Positions 48,801 to 55,816 of a stretch of 55,816 nucleotides of DNA are shown one piece after another. Position 1 is the stretch's first letter, and the number at the start of each line of letters is the position of its first letter. A program made the position numbers and the translations under genes. The notes below the pieces were generated by a model. The model was not told the DNA's origin. It searched no databases and saw nothing but the letters and a program-made list of their open reading frames with translations. Source of the stretch: Phoronis australis (taxonomy: Eukaryota > Animalia > Phoronida); the NCBI GenBank assembly GCA_002633005.1, contig NMRA01000731.1, forward strand, positions 120,727-176,542, given 5' to 3'.

Positions 48801-51800
48801 TTAGCACCAATTCAAATTCAAAGGTTTGATATCGAACATTTGATGATGACAGAGACACTGGGACTAAGTACGATTATACAATTTAAAAAGTTTAGTGTCA
48901 TACCTATAAATACAGATGGAGACGCAGTAAACAAAGAGACAAGGCCCCGCACACACTACAGGGAAAGATGCTTGAGCCTCCTGATAGGGGACTTCTTTCC
49001 AACAAAGGAACAGCCACGTTTGCCTTCACTAGTTGGTGAATTTGTTACCAGCGTTTCAAATGAAAACCAACCTTCATAATACACCATTACACATCGCAGA
49101 CTGAAACAGCAGCACAATAAAATTGAAGTTACTCACAGCTTTGACCCCGGCTTGACCTCAGGAATGATATCCAGGTGGGCCCTCACGTCGAACCTGTCAA
49201 TCATGTTCTCCCGATTTCCCTGCCATGGCATCCTGAACATTTCAAAAGGAAAAATTTCCGTTCATTTTGAGAACTAATATTCTTGTAGCTACCATATAAA
49301 CACGTATTTTGAGCCCAAGTGCCTGCATGTAAAGCTCCGTCCATGTTTCGAATTTGACGCATGCACATATATGAGAAACACTTAAGTAAAACCGACGAGC
49401 AATTTCTAATATATTACATGAAAGAGGCTTGATAACTGTTACAGAATGGTAAAAGTTGATGTGTATTCAATCAAAAACTAAACTATAATGAACGAAAAAT
49501 GTTATAATTAGACAAAAGACGCACAAAACTATTTGTTAAACACATACATAAGGGACAGCCATATGTACCCACAAATCAAGCTACCGTATTCGCCGTAATA
49601 ACCGCCCATGCCCCTATAAGCGCCCCCCCACGCGTTTTCAGACTTTACTGAAATGAGCGCCCAGTCCATGAACGTGTACAAGCGAATAATGACGTACCTA
49701 CAGTCCTAAAACTCGGCTACAGTAGCGTCTTCAATTTATCAAAAAAATTTTGCACGGGTCTTCTAGCCCACCAGCGGCACTGCTACGTTTGTATTTAGCC
49801 GTGACTATACACTTCAAAGTAACGCAGCGCTTCAAAAAGAACGCAACAGCGTTGCTACGCTCTCGCGACGACCGCGTCCCACTATGGTCTGACCTTTAGT
49901 AGACACATCGTCTGTCGCATGAATAAAAATAACTCGGTGGTAAACGCACGTGGCCAGGAAGCGCGCGCGCTACATACATGAACCTGTCATCAAAGACATT
50001 AGTCGGGAACTTTCCATTCATGAAACGGGTAGCATAGCATCGATAAGAAATGAATATTGGCACTAATTTCCGACAATTTCAAATACTATAAAACATTTGC
50101 GTTATTTTTGAGATGGATTGTTTGATTAACCATAATTGGTGTTATTAAGCCAAATATCCGATAAAATGACAACTGACAGTGAATGCTTACACACCCTTAC
50201 ACCGAAAAATAACTGTCAGATAGTTACGTACGCATCCAGCTACACGGCAACTAATATGGGCCTTACCGAGACAAATGTCGAAAGTTTTTAGCACGAGACC
50301 GGCCAGTGCTGAATGAAACACGCTCTGGTTTAGGCCTACTGCCTGTGCAAATTTCTTTAGACACATCTAGCTAGTTAGATTGCGTGCCTCTGGCCAAAAG
50401 ACGGTCTCTGCTTTGGCAAATGAACTCTGGTGACACGCACGCTTTCGCTTATTCGCAGACGAACTTCAAAACAAACGTCACGTGACAACAACATGTTTGT
50501 TCGTCCAGACATTTTTCTCGCCGTGTTGCCGATCATACATGTAGATGGCACGATGCTGCACAGATTTGTACTTAAACCTGCCGTTAATCCAGACTCCACG
50601 GGAACTTAAAAAATCTTAGAGACGCTACTTATAAAACTTAATGAGGATTTCAGGTAATTTGCTTGAGTCGAAACCATTTTTATTCAAGCATTGAAATCGC
50701 CATATCGAAGACGGCGATTTCGAGGCAGTCAGTAGGCGAGTTTTGGCCCTGGGATTTCAGCACAATTTTCTGTAAAATGATGGTAATTTAGCAGCAAAGT
50801 TTGATAGCAATGCACCACAGTTTTGTTGAAAGTCTTTCATAGATTACATATACGTCACAGAGCGTAAATTTGATGAATCTTAGCTTCCGATTTCACCAGT
50901 TTCGGAGACCGGGTTTCAACCGCTTTGGGTTATAATAAGCGCCCCCCCTGAACCGAACTTTTCTAAGCGCCTGGGCGGTTATTAAGGCGAATACGGTAAG
51001 TCAAGTGTGCCCATACACAAAACACTTGGATAATTTTTTGTTTAAAAAAATGCACTATTTCAGATGTAAGTGTATGGGCCTAAATAGGAGCAAGGAAAAA
51101 TATTACTGATATCTACCAGAACAGACAAGAAACGTTTCCTTAAAAAGCACCTTCCATCAGTTTGATTACTAATCCATAGCTCGGGAGTAACACTGAACAA
51201 CTGTTCAGACTATGAAAAGGAACTATTAAAAACGAGAGTAATAAATCACACCATTTAACGAAAAAATGCAAGATGCCGACATAAAATGTTAAAATGCCAT
51301 CTTGGAGAAAACCAATAGTCGAGTTCTGGCAATTTCATAATTTTAAAAAGGACAGGAATTTTATCACAGTGTTTTGGTAGACTCCTCACCTGAATGTCTT
51401 TACAAACAAGTGTGTGCTATTTTCTCAATACTTAATGTCTCAAAACTCACATGCTCTGAGGACTCTCTGCAGCTATGGCAATCGATGGCTCCAGATGGAT
51501 CTTCATTGACCGACCGAACACACGGACAAACTGGGCAGGGTCTGCTTTCTACGATAAAACAGATTCACTTTAAACAACTGCACTTCAGTTTCTAGATAGT
51601 TCATCACCGACCTGCTGTATAAATATATCAATCTTAAACTGGAATGAAAACGTATATCACAAATATTTCGAAGTCTGGTCAGCACGCCACTGACTTGTAG
51701 CCACATCACACGGCCTTTTCAGACTTATATTCATTAGGTCATGTGATGTGGCCAACAGGTGGTGTGCTGACCCGAACAGAAATATTTGCGAGACCTGCTA

Positions 51801-52328
51801 TTTTGAAATAAATGCCGTTTGCAGGAATTTTTAAAAAGACTACAAAGGAATTTAATAACTCATTTGATCACAGACAATGCAACTTCATGAAGACTCATTT
51901 TAAGTGTTTGTTAGAGCGATCGCTTTGTTGAAGTTAGTGGCCTATTGTGTTCATTGCTACGTCAAAACTGACATCATGGGTTTGCAGACTTCATGAACCT
52001 CTTTTCACTCGGTTTGTATAACCAAACAGCAGAGAAGCACTACAACTAAACGAAAACATTACGATGAAAATGTCTTCAACATGTAACTTCACTTTATAAT
52101 TTACAGACAAATCCAAGTATTGCACATCTCAAGACAACGTCAAATAGTAAATATGTTAGAAATTTGTAGAACCATCACAACTTCATTTCTAGCTAAATAC
52201 AGACTGCAACTCCAGCCAACGTTACGTACAATTCGTTCGTAGTATTCCCTACGTCGATCTGCCCTCTTTTTAAAGTCTACCATGAGACCCCGGATCTTCT
52301 TTTCTTGCTTCCTCGCTTCATGCCACAT
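33749..52328 (-). CDS. CLASRP: CLK4-associating serine/arginine-rich protein (SFRS16/SWAP2), 18 coding exons, 655 aa
   Basis: Manual splice model totals 1968 nt with all introns GT-AG and phase-consistent. N-terminus MWHEARKQEKKIRGLMVDFKKRADRRREYYERI, SWAP/DRY_EERY-type motif MPWQG..MIDRFDVRAHLD..CNYERYR, FITSFG, RS tracts and PKLTPHERLKRKMQ match human CLASRP. Confidence 0.96.
34556..34678 (-). CDS. CLASRP: CLASRP coding exon 17
   Basis: ttctag| ... |gtgagt; SEYSKSVRRSRDRSS...RSPRNYSRRR. Confidence 0.88.
34964..35023. repeat. Minisatellite, ~3 x 18 bp (TGACGTGTCATGTTACGT)
   Basis: Perfect tandem units, visible as NMTRQR repeats in the ORF track. Confidence 0.9.
35073..35220. repeat. Tandem duplication, 2 x 73 bp
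   Basis: GAAATCATTCCTCATAGGAGTAGGGAACA...CTAAATGAAAGAT occurs twice. Confidence 0.9.
35609..35694 (-). CDS. CLASRP: CLASRP coding exon 16
   Basis: gtttag| ... |gtaacc; MREDELRNRAIEMRRKEREKRLEEYERE (human EREDELRAMARKIRMKERERR). Confidence 0.9.
36583..36641 (-). CDS. CLASRP: CLASRP coding exon 15
   Basis: ttccag| ... |gtaggt; FKADKIAEKTKQEKMQQEQL. Confidence 0.9.
37712..37968. repeat. Minisatellite, ~8 x 31 bp (GGGGCGTGCCCATGCCTTGAGGTACACACAA)
   Basis: Exact 31-bp period with no spacers. Confidence 0.95.
38380..38807. mobile_element. Penelope-like retroelement relic in inverted (fold-back) arrangement
   Basis: ~190-bp inverted arms. The centre translates SLNRD*GYDLSAIYHNLF (38577-38630), resembling the C-terminal LNRDxG..LP.IY..L motif of Penelope GIY-YIG endonucleases. 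A CTGATGA..GAAA core lies on the minus arm. Confidence 0.7.
39200..39266 (-). CDS. CLASRP: CLASRP coding exon 14
   Basis: tttcag| ... |gtacgt; GGPKLTPHERLKRKMQLQLTKR. Confidence 0.92.
41088..41136 (-). CDS. CLASRP: CLASRP coding exon 13 (alternative donor extends it to 41084)
   Basis: ttccag|; ADLRTSVGKPSSSEPK. In-frame donor |gtcagt with an overlapping donor |gtaaga 4 nt further on. Confidence 0.8.
41742..41840 (-). CDS. CLASRP: CLASRP coding exon 12
   Basis: ttccag| ... |gtgaga; TPIKRYRRPSLSSSASNSDSDDDSRKKSTNNK. Confidence 0.85.
41956..42112. repeat. Minisatellite, 3 x 51 bp
   Basis: CATG.GTAGATTGTAAACCCCTGACAAAGGTATGGATGCA.ACAGAGAG at 41959, 42010 and 42061. Confidence 0.95.
42302..42628 (-). 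CDS. CLASRP: CLASRP coding exon 11 (main RS domain)
   Basis: ttgtag| ... |gtacac; KRLRESPPP...(SR)n...ERPHNSA. Confidence 0.88.
43079..43599. mobile_element. hAT-like non-autonomous element with 13-bp TIR and 6-bp TSD
   Basis: Perfect TIR CAGGGCTTGGAAT...ATTCCAAGCCCTG, TTTCAT on both flanks, and subterminal GCGGAAA repeats. Confidence 0.8.
43698..43907 (-). CDS. CLASRP: CLASRP coding exon 10
   Basis: ttgcag| ... |gtatgt; YAARASPVYEPYRRR...EFITSFGTDSD. Confidence 0.92.
44201..44274 (-). CDS. CLASRP: CLASRP coding exon 9
   Basis: ttctag| ... |gtaggt; GRKSRRERRAFKEKLMGGRQMSPP. Confidence 0.92.
44578..44656 (-). CDS. CLASRP: CLASRP coding exon 8
   Basis: tcgcag| ... |gtaagt; SLRKDKEDAEEMKIARQIEEERAQFS. 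Confidence 0.92.
45180..45276 (-). CDS. CLASRP: CLASRP coding exon 7
   Basis: ttgcag| ... |gtaagt; ISIDVDQLTNEQAQQMNIIAVQYGMAVGEYV. Confidence 0.92.
45937..46064 (-). CDS. CLASRP: CLASRP coding exon 6
   Basis: cttcag| ... |gtaagc; LADKKVAIAYKYE...SDIEEIDF. Confidence 0.92.
46400..46594. mobile_element. GGGGCC-ended MITE with internal (C)TTAAGTT-type repeats
   Basis: GGGGCCACTCCAAGAAAATTGAC versus reverse complement of the right end GGGGCCTTTTCCAAGAAACTGAC. Confidence 0.55.
47152..47248 (-). CDS. CLASRP: CLASRP coding exon 5
   Basis: tgccag| ... |gtaaga; VPEEQFLHQLQIDEQFG...EDEKK. Confidence 0.92.
48210..48292 (-). CDS. CLASRP: CLASRP coding exon 4
   Basis: tttcag| ... |gttcgt; MSAEEMDEDQQCNYERYRILVENESAG. 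Confidence 0.92.
49137..49232 (-). CDS. CLASRP: CLASRP coding exon 3
   Basis: gttcag| ... |gtgagt; MPWQGNRENMIDRFDVRAHLDIIPE. Confidence 0.95.
49584..50996. mobile_element. 1.4-kb non-autonomous Tc1/mariner-pogo-like DNA transposon
   Basis: TA on both flanks; 25-bp TIR CCGTATTCGCC(G/T)TAATAACCGCCCA with one mismatch; subterminal TAAGCGCC repeats; no transposase ORF. Confidence 0.85.
51451..51548 (-). CDS. CLASRP: CLASRP coding exon 2
   Basis: tcgtag| ... |gtgagt; KADPAQFVRVFGRSMKIHLEPSIAIAAESPQS. Confidence 0.95.
51657..51791. repeat. ~135-bp fold-back (palindromic MITE-like)
   Basis: CAAATATTTC..GGTCAGCACGCCAC..GCCACATCACA is mirrored by TGTGATGTGGC..GTGGTGTGCTGACC..GAAATATTTG. Confidence 0.7.
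52230..52328 (-). CDS. CLASRP: CLASRP coding exon 1 (exon begins in the 5' UTR at ~52350)
   Basis: ACCATG start, donor |gtacgt, upstream acceptor ttattttcag| at 52351-52352. Confidence 0.95.
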
Positions 52329-53292
52329 GGTGCTTTTTCAACTGACGAAACTGAAAATAAATTAATATGTACATAAGGCTCTTGGGAGCAACATATGGAG
52401 AAAGTGTATGAAAAAGAATTGTGATTGTATTGATGATTATGAGGGAAGCAATCAAAAATATGAGCAACAGAGAATTAGTTTTGATTGAGTTTACATAGGA
52501 CCTAATATGGCTAACATCGGAACATCAAGTATTATGCTTTATCGGATTCATATCAAGCGTTCAGATACTATGCCTTTTGTACTATTCTCAAAGATGACGG
52601 CAGGAATTGTTGTTCAATTGACCACTTTTCCATGAAGTATATTTTCACCCAAAAGTTATGGACAGCTCTTGGCGATAATTATTGGGGGCAGCGTTGGTAA
52701 ACCAACTACAGTCTGAGATGTCCCTCTACACATCTAAGATGGTACTCATACTAATGTGATTTTGAATGATGGTTAAGCCAGACGTTTGATTAGGGGAGTA
52801 TTTGTTCGAGTTGGGAGGAATTAAAAACATCATCAATGGCCACTAAGGAGTCCCTCTATGCGCAAAAGTTACTGATAACAACAGTGCGATGCTTAATTCA
52901 TCGAAAAGCTTCCGCCGTAAGAAGCGCCTGCAGGAGCTTCACCGTCTGTACTACTGTAGTTCAGCTGAAGATGTTGGTCACTGTCTAGGAGAAAAGCACA
53001 GGTCAGTGACGTGTGCACTCACTGCCAGGCAAAACCCAGTGAGAACTGTACAGTGCCTCTAAATAAATTATAAGGATGCGCAGCAGATTGTAGACAATAA
53101 CCGAATACCGGCCTAGTTCAGAGCAGTCAGTGACTGAATGACTGAATGACTGAGTCTGAGGCAGTGGCTGTGTGAGTGTCCAGCTTCCGACCAAGTCCAA
53201 GTGCAAATCAGGACATCGGCAACATCAGTATATTCGACCAGTGCTCGGCATTGTACAAAGGCTAAGTTACTTACTTCTAACCAAGAAGTTAC

Positions 53293-53410
53293 CAAAACGC
53301 AAATGAACTAAATAGTTCAAGCTGAACTAAATAAATCACGATAAATGAAAATATGGAGGAAGACAACGTTGCCCAGAACCCGCCAAGTCCGCCATTTTGT
53401 TCTAAGTAGT
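53293..53410 (-). promoter_or_regulatory. Candidate CLASRP TSS region and non-coding first exon with a YY1-type motif
   Basis: AAAATGGCGG at 53398-53389 on the minus strand and a donor TTG|gtaact at 53293/53292. The acceptor before the start codon requires an upstream exon. Confidence 0.55.
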
Positions 53411-55816
53411 TATTAACATCAGTGATAGGTGCCGCTATTCGGTAAGCGAGTAAGTTCTATATCAAGGGGTAATGAGGTCAAGGCAAAGTCAGTAATGAGC
53501 TACAATTTCGAAAAAAAAATATTCTTCGATTCTTTAAAATCAGATGAAATTTCAGAATTGCAACTAAGCTATCTGTTATCAATACAATAATGCTATGACA
53601 TATCATAGTCAAGGTTAAATACATCTATGACAGCTACCACCCCTCTAAGAAAAATGAACTTGCTGGAAAGTGTTTGCTTGGGACTTCGCAAAGTCGGATA
53701 TTTTCGTCTGCTTCTAAAAAGCATACGCCTCACGTTTACGGTAATATTTTAAGTGATTTCTAAACGTTTCTTTAGCGTAAATGTTACATATTTAAGACAG
53801 CTTTCATTTTGAGAACCCGTAAGCATATTTTGTACAACTTTTCCTCGCGTTTTTCCCGTCGGTCCGACTATATAAGTCAGTGCTGTTCCGTCCTTACTGG
53901 GTGATGGGCCCTCGGGCTCGGTGATAGCCGTGCCGCGGATCTGGACGGCGGGGACTGGTTTAGATTTTGGCGTCAAAATCCAATATCGCAGTATCTAGGT
54001 CTCTGTGACTTTTTCACTAGTTCGCACCTTTCATTAAATTGCCCGCTATTCGGTCCAGTCCTAGTCGGCAACCCGCACGTCGGACGACAGCGAATAGACG
54101 AATTTGTTATTCGGTTGCCATGGCCATTCGCGTGGACGTCTCTTCACTTTTGCATGTTGGGTTTGAACTTGAAGAGGGTGGAGGCATTTTCATAACCGGT
54201 AAACGCCGCACGCGGACGCTTTTATGATATCCGTGGACCATAATTTGCCGGGGATCTGTACTATCATAGTGGCGTCGGTGACCGAATGCTTATCATACGC
54301 TAACAGGATTTGCACGCAAGTGGACGAGAAAGCACGCACCCCAAAATATCCTGCGAAGTACTTGGCACATCAAGGACTTGATGGCGCTGTCACGGATTGA
54401 AGTGAGCTAGAAGCTATATTCAACTTGAGTGAACGTGCTGGATGACATAAATTGCTGTCGTAAACCGGCAACACGCTTGTTTAGAGTTTCAAACTCAAAA
54501 AAGAACAATAAGTAAATCAAACGACCAACATGGCATTTTTTAAAAATTGAGAAGTAGGCCTAAATAGTAAGAGCATATATTTCAAAATGGATGCATTATA
54601 ACAGAAATTACTGAATAGTCTTCAGAATTACGGACTAAGCAGCGATTAGTTTGCCAAATTGATTAGGACGGGTTAGTCATTGTCTGGCTTAGACTCGCTT
54701 AGACATTGGGATAACAAAACCCCAAAAGTTAGCAAAGGATTCGTCTCTTGAAATTTGTCTGAATTTGCGAAATAATTGGGGTGCCACTTCAGGGAGAATC
54801 GGATGTGCTGGGAGAATTGGTGGCGGCAAAACGGGTGAAGGTGAATGTGGCAATCATCCCGGCCGGGGTGGGAATTGATGGCAATGAGGACCCCTTTCAC
54901 CTCCAGCATGGTCTTTGAAGTATCTGGCTACCCCGTGCTATTGATCAGTCGGCCTCTACTAGTTAACCTTCATATACATCCATGGATCAGATAATCTTTT
55001 AGTTTTATGAACTCAATATGTAAATTAGCAGGTTGAAGATCTTGGCAAAAGCCCGAGATAAAAAAAAACTCCACCAGCATTTGCACTTGTATTTCTAACA
55101 GGTTAAAGAAGAGTGTTATTTGCTTCACAAAGAGGAACTTGAATGTCAAACAGCATGTATCTGCCTTGGGTATAGACATCTCATGCTATATTTGAAGAAT
55201 ATGTTACCCTAAGTATCAATTATTTTTGAAAAGTTCATGACATATGTTGTGGCATGTTAATAGTTTAAAGTGGCTATCGACATGCCTTCCATCACAAAAA
55301 ATAGATTTAGACCACTTTGTCTTATAATTATAAAATTCAGGTCTCAAACTGTTTCTTAGTCAAACTAGAGGTGACTTAAGAGTTTGAAAGAACTCAGTGA
55401 CCACTTGTTGTTGCTTAAGACCAGAGTCTGCATGTTGACTTGTCAGTGCTGGTCATTTTATGTGCTAAGCATAGGCTGAAGCCCAGAAGTCACTTCTGAT
55501 GTGAGTACAACTTGAGACCAATTTTATAGTTGGTTGTGTCAAAATTATATACATGTTCTGGTCAAATTTGTTCATACTAACTGTAATCACATATCTTATT
55601 TATTTTCAGATTGAAAAAGTACCTTCCTTGTTTTTAGCAAGTAAAAACAGAATTTTTCGAAAAGAATTTTTTACAAAAGTTGTAAATTCGCAAATTTCAA
55701 TGACCACTGGGTTACCATGGCACTTGTGTGATTTATACAAAAAAATGTCCAATTTATTTGAGTGAAAATGTGAACGGCAGGTACTGTAGGGAAATTGCTA
55801 AACATTTTTGGTCAGT

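Overview
AT-rich animal genomic DNA with spliceosomal introns, assembly gaps and many small repeats; probably an invertebrate, possibly a mollusc or other lophotrochozoan (inference). It holds two convergent genes. On + is a BCL11 (CTIP) zinc-finger transcription factor: a ZnF0 exon at 15633-16049 and a large terminal exon at 21977-24126. Its first exon with the MSRRKQ motif was not found. On - is a complete CLASRP (SFRS16) SR-related splicing factor with 18 coding exons (52328 to 33749, 655 aa), all phase-consistent GT-AG. Main points of interest: (1) a 4-nt tandem splice donor AAA/GTCA/GTAAGA in CLASRP that switches between full-length protein and an immediate stop; (2) tail-to-tail BCL11-CLASRP linkage resembling human ZNF296-CLASRP; (3) Penelope-like fold-back relics with minimal hammerhead-ribozyme-like cores; (4) several non-autonomous DNA transposons, including one family that seems to have captured the end of another and elements with 5-6 bp target duplications. 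A 1.4-kb duplication is probably an assembly artefact.
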